A stretch of DNA of 64,000 nucleotides from Octopus sinensis (lineage: Eukaryota), in NCBI RefSeq assembly GCF_006345805.1, contig NC_042998.1, positions 37,634,001-37,698,000 on the forward strand, given 5' to 3'. Shown in pieces: positions 53,441 to 64,000 of the stretch (its first letter is position 1; each line of letters opens with the position of its first letter). The translations under genes were made by a program, and so were the position numbers. The notes under the pieces were generated by a model, which ran no database searches, was not told where the DNA came from, and saw nothing but the letters and a program-made list of their open reading frames with translations.

Positions 53441-53622
53441 TTTAGAAATTGATATTCAGGACAAGCGAGTAAGTACACATGCTTAAAGAAGACGCCAAAT
53501 GTCTCTAAGCTACCTTTAAAATATTACAATTTTTAAGGTAGCTAATACATATTTGGTATCTTCTTTAAGCATGTGGCTAAGCCAGTGTACTTACTCGCTG
53601 GCTCTAAATATCAATTTATAAA
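53441..53622. repeat. 180-bp fold-back palindrome (MITE-like)
   Basis: Arms 53441-53521 and 53530-53622 are reverse complements with a 12-nt extra segment in the right arm. Confidence 0.8.
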
Positions 53623-53929
53623 TTGATATATATATCGATGCTGAAAATCATCTTCAAATTCTTGAACAAAAGGATATTGCTCTACATTCGATATTCGAGT
53701 ACTACTTTCTGTGCCCACGTATGTGTGGGTATCTGCATGCATGCGCACGCTTGTGTGTGTATCTGTGTTTGCCCTCCATCACCGTTTGATAGCAAGTATT
53801 CGTTTCTTTGTTTTCAACGGTTCGGCAAAGGAAGACCAATAAAATAAGCACCAGACTTAAATAGGTCTACATAAAAATAAAGGGAAATCTAAAAATTAAA
53901 ATAAACACATAAATATTGTCTGTATGCTT

Positions 53930-54148
53930 TATCATTTCCATGCGTCACATATTCGACAGCGACCATGCTGGGGCACCACCTTGAATGTTTGCTTCGAACA
54001 AATTGACCTGAATATATATTTCAGAGTCTGGTACTTATCCTGTCAGTCTGTTTTGTGGAACCGCTAAATTACGGAGACCTAAATAAACCAGTGCCCTCAT
54101 CGAGTGGTGGCAGAGAATATACACAAAGACACATGACCACAATCTCCC

Positions 54149-54195
<47 letters not shown>

Positions 54196-54305
54196 CAACG
54201 GCCTTCATTCAGTTTCCGTCTCCTAAATCAAAGCACAAGGTCAAGATTATAAGACACTAGCCCAGAGTGCCACACAGTAGGACGGAACCCAGAACCATGT
54301 GGTTG
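53930..54305 (-). mobile_element. Diverged SINE family A
   Basis: 'gaccatgctggggcaccacc', 'ggaaccgctaaattacgg', 'cagtaggacggaacccagaaccatgtggttg'. Confidence 0.7.
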
Positions 54306-55200
54306 CATCTCATGCATTCCACACAATACTGTGTTCTACTGTGTTAGCAGTGCTGTTACATCATTTGTTAAGGTTATTTCTACAGATTTTCTAAAGAAAT
54401 TACAGCCAACACAGATTTTTAACGTTTCTTATTCGATACGCCAGATATAAACAACAGTGAAATCACAAACAGATTCCAGATAAACCACCCACACCAGGAT
54501 ATATCTCTGCAAACAACAAATCTTTATTTGAATGGATTCTGCAGCTCAAACACTAGCTGTAATATTAAACGCCAGCTTTTTTTTTTAATTATATATACGT
54601 GTGTGTGTATACACAGACACACACGTGCTTACGTACATGTATACCAATAGAGACAGGGGAGGGAGAAAATCAAAGAAATAATACAGGCACATGCATACAC
54701 TCATGCGCAGCAACACGATCAAAACGCGGAATAATTTTCTATCTTCAGAATTTACGGCGTGTAGTCAGACATACTGTGTGAATAAATAGAGTAGAAGATA
54801 TAGTCATTATGATAGAAATTGAAAGACAAACCGATGGCAGAGAAACTACTAACGAGAGAGTGAGAGAAAGAGAGTGAAAGTGAGAGGAGTAGGAGTGAAA
54901 AAGTACGGACTTTAAGTTAAAGTAAAAAAGTTTCTAAGTGGATGAAATCCATAGAGTTGAAAAATTGCAAAATACGATTTCCACATTGTGAGAAAACACG
55001 ATATGTCCTTTCGAAGGAACAAAACGTAATGTAAATTTTAAACTTTCATCCTTAGAAATTGAATTCGGGTTGAAAGTTTATTTTTTAAAATGTGAGCGAA
55101 ACTGGAAAAGTTGGTGAACAGAGAGACAAATAGGTAAAGTAGGACTTGTATAGCTAGGTAGGAAACAAAGAAAATTGAAATAATAATAATAATAATAATA

Positions 55201-55784
55201 ACTGCCCTGATGCAGTACCAGGCAGTGGCTCTCATGGCTTCTGATCTTAACAGATTGGAAGTGTTATCATGTACATTGTTTTGTTTTGGTATAAAAGATA
55301 GGCTACAGCAAATATTCTGCTCGATACCATAGATTTGCTTGTCAGTTGTTTGACCTTAACTAGTTCAGCATGTCCCTTAGTGGCTGACTATATGTGCATC
55401 TCTGATCACGTGCAGAAGTAGTGAGGGGCATCATAGCCATGTGTTGAGAGGAATTCTTTGAGGTTTGAATAATTCATCTCTGGAAACATGGATGTTTTGT
55501 TCATCATCCTTAAAGAAACCTTATTCAGGGATCTTTTGAGCGGGATTAGAGACTCAACCTCAAGAAAATTCTAACTGAGCTCCCTCTCCGAGGATGATAA
55601 ACAAGCGCACAATCTACGAGATTATGCGCTGTTTATCTTGATATGAGATCGCGATGTCGTGCATCTTTTGTTGTGATGCATGTGCCTTGTGTATCATTAT
55701 CAGAAGAGTAGTTATGATGTGTATATTGGGCTTCTTTTTTTTTATCCCAGTGTCACTTTGATGGCATGCGCTGCTCTCTCACTC
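55201..55784. mobile_element. 584-bp non-coding element flanked on both sides by (TAA)n
   Basis: Bounded by pure (aat)n tracts; homologues at 19951-20475 (reverse) and 58430-58540 (partial). Confidence 0.8.
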
Positions 55785-55807
55785 AATAATAATAATAATA
55801 ATGCGCT

Positions 55808-56235
55808 TATTGTATGCAGTGCTTAGGTGCAGTACAACTCATCATAAAAAGTAGCCAAGAGTGTTCATGGACAGTATATAGAATATGCACAAGAATTGAA
55901 CAGTGAATAAGACTTCAAAAGAAGAAGAGACGGATATGGGGGCATCAGGTGTATTTTGGCGAATATCAGGAAGCATGGAAATTTTTATGGATGTAGTATC
56001 TCGACAGCTAACAACTGATGCAGGTAGTTTATTCCCTGCTTCAGCAATCTGGGTTTCGATAATCATTGGTGGTGTGTTGTCTTGTGATATTGTACGTATG
56101 TCCACGAGTGTTTGAAGTATTGAATTCAAAAGATGCCTAAGTTTGGAAAGGCGATGGATAGCAGTAGGTGTCAGCTGCCGGGGCTTTAATGCCCGGGAAG
56201 TAGGACGTTCAGAAAGTATTATGAATGTTGATAAT
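55808..56235 (-). mobile_element. CR1/L2-type LINE 3' end (third family)
   Basis: FEFNTSNTRGHTYNI..then AEAGNKLPASVVSCRDTTSIK, a decayed RGH..WN.LP..VV..FK motif. Confidence 0.7.
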
Positions 56236-56639
56236 ATACTTTCGCTTCTTTTATTTATTTAATTATTTGTTTATTTTTGTTCATGGTCTATCTTTTTGCT
56301 GAAACCAGCATGATGCAAATTAGAGTAAATATTGTTTGCCAAGATAATATGGCAGTCCTGGTTATTTATATGATATATATATACATATATATATATCTAT
56401 ATTATTTATATGATATATATACATATCTATATTATTTATATGATATATATACATAGAGATAGAAAGATAGATACACATGCATGCATATTTATATAAACAT
56501 ATATATATATATATACATACGTATTTATATACACATATATATATATACATATGTATATACACACACACACATATATATATACACATATATAAATACACAT
56601 ATATATATTTATTCACATATATATTCATATATATGAGTG

Positions 56640-56860
56640 TGTGTGTGTGCATATTTTTCAGTTTGTGTTTAGTCTCCAACACTGCTTGACAACTGGTGTT
56701 TGTGTCTTTACGTCCCCGTAACTTAACGGCTCGGCCAAATGGGAACGACAAAATAAGTAGCAGGCTTTAGAAAACGTACAAGGGTCGATTTCTTCAACTA
56801 AAACCTCTGTAATACGGTGCACCAGCATGGCCGCAACCTAATGACTGAAGCGAGCAAAAG
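56640..56860 (+). mobile_element. SINE family A, 3' half
   Basis: 'ctgcttgacaactggtgtttgtgtctttacgtccccgtaactta', 'cggtgcaccagcatggccgca'. Confidence 0.7.
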
Positions 56861-57689
56861 ACGAAAAATATGATCTTAACGTTACCAAAACGGTTTTGTT
56901 GCTGTTATTGTAAATATCATAATTAGTTGTTGCATAGGGAGGCAAAACAGTAACAATCGATTTTTCAAAATTCAATATCCAATAACCTCGAAAGGAAATA
57001 CTAACCGCAGATAATGAAACTCCCCGCTCAACGCGTTAGGTACATTCGAAATTAAAAGAGAAGCAACAACTAACGATAAGAAAATTATTACTAATTTCCG
57101 ATAAGATAAAGTAGATTAATAAATATAATTAATAAATATAACGCCTTACTATAACCAATAAGTTTTGATTATTTTCGCGGCACAGAAATCAATAAAAGTC
57201 ACTCGGAAAATAAAGATTTAAAAACATAGAAAACATTTTACTGGAATACATATATAATTGATTTATAATCGAATAACAGTATATATATCCATTAAAATCG
57301 AAATTATTGATAATTTAATGTTAATATTTCTCTTTAACTTTGTTGCAATTTATCGATCTTCCGAAAATGTCCATATCAATTTTTACCTTATAACTAAGTA
57401 TTTATATGTATTTTTTCTGTAGCGAGTGGAGCTTATTTTCATTTTGTTTTTATTTCATTTTTCAATGTGGTTCTCCAATTTACTTGTTTTGAACGTATTA
57501 ATTAAATACGCTGTGTACAGTAATTATATACAGCATATAAAACCTGATACATCTGTTGCAATATGACAACAAAGCAGAAAATGAAAACATCGATGGAGTG
57601 AACGGTAAATTCTGCTTTGCTGAGATATAAACATGATACAAACAAGTTATGTTGCATTCATTCTACGAAAGACAAACACAACACAGGTT

Positions 57690-58395
57690 CACCCCAAGAC
57701 CAGATTGATAAAAACACTGACTCGCCACAGTGTATGATGTGCTCTGAGAAGGGAGAAGGTATTAGCCATATTGTTAGTGGCTGCTGTAAGCTCGCACCAC
57801 GCCAATACAAAAGGAGGTACGACAATGTGGCCAGATATGTCCACTGGATGTTGTGTGGTAAAGCAAACCACGAGAGAGTCAAACAATGGTATGAACACAA
57901 GGCAGAAAGAATAATGGAAAGCAAACATTACAAAATATTCTGGGATTTTAACATGCTTTGCAACAAAGTCATAGAGGCAAGATGACCAGATATCATTCTC
58001 ATACATAAAGATGAAAAAGAAGTAAAGATGATAGATGTTGCAATACCAGGTGATTCGAGGGTGAAATGTAAGGAAACAGAAAAGATTGAGAAATACCAGC
58101 CACCGCGACACGAGATAGGAAAGTTATGGGGCAAGAGGAAAGTAAAGGTGATAACGGTGGTAATTGGAGCATTAGGAGTAGTTTCCAAGGGCTTTGAAAC
58201 ATATTAAGAATATTAGATCTGCTGTCAGGCTCGAGGTGATCGAAAAGTCAGCATTGCTGGGTACAGGTCGCATTCTAAGGAGAATATTGTCTCTGAGTCT
58301 GAGGGGAAGGCACTACTTGAAACTTTTGGTGATTTGTTATTGCCTGATTTCAAGTAAAGAATAACCGGTAATTAACTATCCGAGAGTCTTTCAGA
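57690..58395 (+). mobile_element. R4/Dong-like retrotransposon 3' portion (zinc knuckle plus RLE endonuclease)
   Basis: CMMCSEKGEGISHIVSGCCKLAPRQYKRRYDNVARYVHW..KIFWDFN..VIEAR*PDI..IDVAIPGD..EKIEKY..VVIGALG; degenerate (TAA)n tail. Confidence 0.9.
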
Positions 58396-58429
58396 ATAAC
58401 AACAATAATGATATATAATGATAATAAAT

Positions 58430-58627
58430 ACTCTGATGTTGTAAGAGGCATTGGCTCTCATGGTTTCTGGTCTTAACTGATTGGAAGTGCTATTATGGAC
58501 ATTGTTTTGTCTTGGTATAAAAGATAGCCTACAGCAAAGATTTTTTCAATTCCCCAGCGTTAAACTAATACATTTGTTTGTTGTCTACACCAACTGTTTT
58601 CGTCTTTTCTTTTTGTGAATTTTCTTT

Positions 58628-58628
<1 letters not shown>
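58430..58628. mobile_element. Truncated (TAA)-associated element (58430-58540) abutting a family C tail fragment (58541-58628)
   Basis: 'ggctctcatggtttctggtcttaactgattggaagtg' matches 55225 region; 'taatacatttgtttgttgtctacacc' matches 30000 region. Confidence 0.7.
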
Positions 58629-59093
<465 letters not shown>

Positions 59094-59160
59094 CATGTAT
59101 GTATATATATATATATATTGTATTTCGGAATGGTCTTTTTTGTTTTGTTTTATTTTTTTG

Positions 59161-59414
59161 CCAAATAAGCACGCGCACTACATATTTCTTCTTCACTCGT
59201 TTATTACTGTTCTTATTTTATTATTATAACTCACGTCCGCAAATATTTTGTCACACATCTGTGACCTCTTCAGCGACACATTTCGTTTTCGCGTGTGTTC
59301 CTGTTCCACTTACCCCCTTCTGTTCTTCTAAGGTGTGTATCATCTTAATAATAATAAAATAAGAACAGTAATAAATAAATGAAGAAAATATACATGGTGC
59401 ATGTGTTTATTTGG
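59161..59414. mobile_element. Third palindromic element with a degenerate hammerhead-like motif
   Basis: Arms 59161-59227 and 59348-59414 are inverted; minus-strand CTGAAGA g gtcac-agatgt-gtgac aaaa at about 59238-59278. Confidence 0.55.
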
Positions 59415-60065
59415 CGCATATATATACGTATATTTCATCCTCCGTCTTTCACTTGCAAGACATACATATATATATATATATATATATAAAATCAAAATAA
59501 TCAACAAGAATATCTTCGGTAATTTGGTACGACCGTTTCACGCTACATCATTTTATTAAACATTGTAAGTATTACAACAGTTTTAAAATGTTGAGCAATC
59601 ATCAGGCATTTAGAGAGGTTTTCCATTAACACATATTTTCATATTAATTGATAACATTATAAAGAATTGATAACATTATATAGACAGAGATGTCGATTTG
59701 AATTTTAAGAACATTAAGGTAATAGAATTTATCTTCTGACTGAAGAATATTCTTTAAGTTATTTTGAACTGCTAGAAGGTGGGGAAGGATATTCAGTTGA
59801 ATGGAGACAAAAGAGGTTTTCTATTTATAGAAGTAGGTCGGGGTGAAATAAATGTCAGAAGTTATTTCTAAAGAAATTAAAGTAGAAAGGAGATTATAAT
59901 GCCTTAGATGTTGTTTATTGCTATTTGGCAAACATATATTTTGTATCAAGAAAACTAGGTCAATGCTAGATGGTCACAATGACCATCTATATACCAAAAA
60001 GTTATAGAGAATACAGAGATTCTTTTGCACTTATATACATCAGCTGTATATATATATATATATAT

Positions 60066-60185
60066 ATAGGGAGAATTCACAAAAAAAAAAAAGACGAAGA
60101 CAGGTGGTGTAGACAGCTCGAGAAGAGCGTTTCCACAGAAAGGAACAGAGAAAGAAACAAGGAGAGAAAATAAAAATGTGCAGTG
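60066..60185 (-). mobile_element. Family C end, internally rearranged
   Basis: 'gggagaattcacaaaaaaaaaaaagacgaagacaggtggtgtagac..tccacagaaaggaacagag' next to (TA)n. Confidence 0.6.
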
Positions 60186-61666
60186 GCTAGCGATCTATCA
60201 TGGCGAATCAGGAGGAATGTGTAAACAAATTTATATTTATATATATATATATATATACGCAATAAAATGTTATATTTATACATTCTCTAGCGTAATTATA
60301 TTTACAGACATACAATGGAATTATCAGTCTTGTAAAAACGTTAACTTATTTCTTAGTCTTCCGATTTCTGTCTGTTTGTCTCTCTATTTCTCCCTCTCTC
60401 TGTCTCTCGAAATATGTATGGATATACATACGCACACACACACACACTCACCACGTGGATTCATAGATTCTGTCTACCAATTTCAATCGCAAGGCACTAA
60501 GAAGGAACCTGAGCCTAAGCGTTGCTGAATAAAAACTTAACCGCCCCCACCACGCACACAAAAACATGAACACATATATATATTTATGTGTGTGTGTGTA
60601 TGCATGTATGCTACTGTGTGTGTGTGTGTTCTTTGAACGAAGTTCCTTTTGCCTTAAATAAACGTGAGAAATAATGGTTGTATTACGAAAAGAAAAAAAT
60701 AAGACAATGCTGTAACCATGATCGCTAGCTATCGTGACAACAATCTCTTTGACAGATTTATTATATGTCTTACAACTGGAACATTATCATGAAACAAACA
60801 GGCATTCTACTATGCATTATCAAGTTTCTATAATTCTCTCTCATTTTCTCCGATTTCTTCTAATTCTTTTCATATTTTTTGTTCATTTACTCATTCTAAT
60901 TTCTTATTTGTTTTCAATTCACTCGCTGTCCCCCCGCTCTCTCTCTCTCTGTATCTATTTATCTGTCTATCTATCGCCTTCTTTCTCAAGTATTCGTTCA
61001 GGACAAACAACGACAGAACCGACCGGCCATTAAAAGCTACTATTGCTAATGCCGCCATGTTGGCTGCACGACTGGGAAAAAAACAAGTTAGTAAAGGCGA
61101 ACGCCTATTAGGTTGACAAACAGACGCATATTCAGATGTGTCAATAGACGCATAAATATACATGCGAATGCTCCTATACATATACATACATTTGCACACA
61201 GACAAAGGATAAAAATTGCTTATTTGCTTTCCATTCCAGGATTACGCTGAACCCAAAGGGTAGAGTTTTATTGCCCGCATATTCCAGCTTCTACACAAAA
61301 TCTGTTTGTATGTTGTAATAAATAAATTAATACTAATGGCGGTTATTATTATTTCTCCGTCATGGAGAAATAATAATAACTGAAAAGAGAAACATAAAAT
61401 AAAGAAAAACCAAGAGAAAAGAACTTCACCCAAATACAAAACGTCTGTGTCAGATGTTTTGTTAAATGCATTGCTAGTGGAGATATTGTTTCACTATCCT
61501 TCAGCCTGAATTATTGAGGTACATAATTGAATGGACAGCAGTTGCAGACAAGAACACAAATAGTTACTAGTGCTGCTACCACTGCTGATGTTGTTGTTGT
61601 TGCTAATTTTACTGTTGATATTATTGCTGTCATTACTGATACTGATTTTGTTATTTATTTCTGATA

Positions 61667-61699
<33 letters not shown>

Positions 61700-61923
61700 G
61701 TGTTGCTCTTAATTTTTATTTTTGTTTACACATTTTTCAGACTCGTGGTATCGTCCTGATATGTCTTTCGATGGAAGCCCTTGTGACCAATAAAAGAATG
61801 AATTATTAGTGTTGCTCTTCTCCTGTCGCTACGGCTCTTCCTTTCTTCTTCATCCCAATGGCACAGTTTTGTCATCGTCATGTTTTTTCTTCTGGGAAAT
61901 TAATATTGATGCTGCTACTGTTA

Positions 61924-62400
61924 GGGGCGGCGAGCTGGCAGAAACGTTAGCACACCGGACGAAATGCTGAGCGGTATTTCGTCTGCCGCTACGTTCTGAG
62001 TTCAAAATCCGCCGAGGTCGACTGTGCCTTTCATCCTTTTGCGGTCAATAAAATAAGTGCCAGTGGAGACACATGGCTTAGTGATTAGAATAGCCGACTC
62101 GCGATCGAAGGATCGCGGGTTCGAATCTCAGAGCGGGCGTTGTGTATGTTTATAAGCTAAACACCTAAGCTCCACGTGGCACCGGCAGAGGATAATGGCG
62201 AACCTCTGCTGATTCTTTCGTCACAACTTTCTCTCACTCCTTAAAAAGAAGAAAACCTAGGGCGGCGAGCTGGCTGAATCGTTAACACGCCGGACGAAAT
62301 GCTTAGTGGTATTTCGTCTGCCGTTACGTTCTGTATTCAAACTTCGCCGCGGTTGACTTTGCCTTTCCTCCCGCACTGGGGTCGATGTAATCGGCTTAAT
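61924..62400 (+). mobile_element. Head-to-tail SINE cluster: D (61924-62064), C-SINE (62065-62240), D (62259-62400)
   Basis: Heads 'ggcggcgagctggcagaa' twice and 'tggcttagtgattagaa..gggttcgaatct'. Confidence 0.8.
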
Positions 62401-63049
62401 CCCTTTTACATTTCTTGTTTCTCCCCTCTATGTTTAGCCCCCTGTGGGCAATAACAAACAAAATAAAGTAATTGCCAGTTAGTTACTGTAATATAATTGA
62501 CTTATCACCTGCTACGAAGCTACTTTGTACACACACACACACGTGTGTGCGTGTGTATGCGCGCGCGTATGACTCGTACAAAAATTAAAACAAAAACATG
62601 TGTGTGAGGTATAAAAAAATAATAATAAAGGTGTGTTCGGTTGACGGTCAGGAAAACTGGAAGAAATCTTTAAAGTTTCGAATCGGTGCTATTCGACAGA
62701 AAGAGTAGATGAAAGGAGACAAGAATAATGAGAAAAGAACAAGCGTGTCTCTAGTGATGAGAAACAACTGCGTTGAAGGCGTGGATCTCAAGGAGGGCTA
62801 ACAGGGAGCTGGAATGTGTGTGTGTGTGTGTGAATAAGCATGCGAGTATATGAAGCTGATGTGTGCGTGAATATGTGTGCCTTTGTTTGCGCGTGTACGT
62901 GTGCGTTTCAGGGAAAATACGTATGTATATAAAGCTACTGGACGCGTTTAGCTTGTGTGTGATTGTACGTGTGTATATGTATGACACTATTGTATGCATA
63001 TATGTATCTATTTCTTTACTACCCACAAGGGGTTAAACACAGAGAGGAC

Positions 63050-63905
63050 AAACAAGGACAGACAAACGGATTAAGTCGATAATATCGACCCCAGTGCGTA
63101 ACTGGTACTTAAAAGGATGAAAGGCGAAGTCGACCTCGGCGGAATTTGAACTCAGAACGTAGCGGCAGACGAAATACCGTTGAGCGTTTCGCCCGGCGTG
63201 CTAACGTTTCTGCCAGATCGCCGCCTTATCGTGATATTCAGTCGGTTACGACTAGAACAGCCTTCTCGTGAAATTAATCTGCAAGTGGTTGAGTACTCCA
63301 CAGACACGTGTACCCTTTACGTAGTTCTCGGGGAGATTCAGCGTAACACAGTGTAACAAAGCTGGCCTTTTGAAATACAAGTACAACAAAAACAGAAAGA
63401 AAGAGCGAGAGAAAGAGTAGAGCAGAGTTCCCCCCCCCCCCTGCCGGAGCTTCGTGGAGCTTTAGGTGTTTTCGCTCAATAGACACTCAAAATGTCCGGT
63501 CTGGGAATCGAAACCGCGATCCTACAAACGCGAGCCCGCTGTCTTAACCAATGAGCCATTGCGCCTCCATATATATATATAAAGGGTATATATTATCAAT
63601 GATAATGTGATGCACCTAGAAATTTTTCTTCCTAGGCACAAGTCCCAACAAGGTTGTTTATGGAAGACCAGCAGTCGCCCATGCATATCATCCTCCCTTC
63701 TTCATGCCACTACTGTTGTGCAAGGAAAAGGCAAAGGGGCCGATACAGCTTGGCACCAGTGACATCGCAACTCATTTCTATAGCTGAGTGAACTGGAGCA
63801 ATGTGAAATGAAGTGTCTTGCTCAAGAACGCAACACACAGCCGGGGTCCGGGAATCGAACTCCCTACCTCATGATTGTAAGCCCGAAATTCTAACCACTG
63901 ATCCA
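63050..63905 (-). mobile_element. Minus-strand SINE cluster: D (63050-63226), B1 part (63228-63380), C-SINE head (63420-63568), B2 (63640-63905)
   Basis: Each segment matches the families defined above; B boxes 'gggaatcgaa' on the + strand near 63505 and 63852. Confidence 0.8.
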
Positions 63906-63946
63906 TGCATCTTATATATAACTTTCTGTGTGTATGTATATGTATA

Positions 63947-63985
<39 letters not shown>

Positions 63986-64000
63986 GAGAGATGTCTGTGG

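Overview
AT-rich eukaryotic non-coding DNA. The SINE, LINE and microsatellite content most resembles an Octopus genome (inference from recalled repeat families, not a search). No intact host protein-coding gene, rRNA, true tRNA or CRISPR array is supported; nearly all long ORFs in the track are translated microsatellites or decayed transposons. The window holds tRNA-derived SINEs of about five families, CR1/L2-type and R4/Dong-type LINE 3' fragments, a mariner relic with both TIRs, Tc1-type MITEs, a non-autonomous Helitron, Penelope-like endonuclease remnants and a near-identical 0.67 kb tandem duplication. The most unusual object is a 569-bp palindromic element (11436-12004) inserted into the mariner with a 10-bp TSD. 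Each arm reads outward as a tRNA-derived Pol III head, a linker, a minimal type-I hammerhead-like motif and a fixed tail. An older copy (8383-8828) and a solo arm (25242-25385) show it is a family. Two other asymmetric palindromic elements and several further hammerhead-like motifs (including a CUGUNGA core variant) suggest a broader group of fold-back, Penelope-mobilised small elements. All coordinates were read by eye; repeat edges are approximate.
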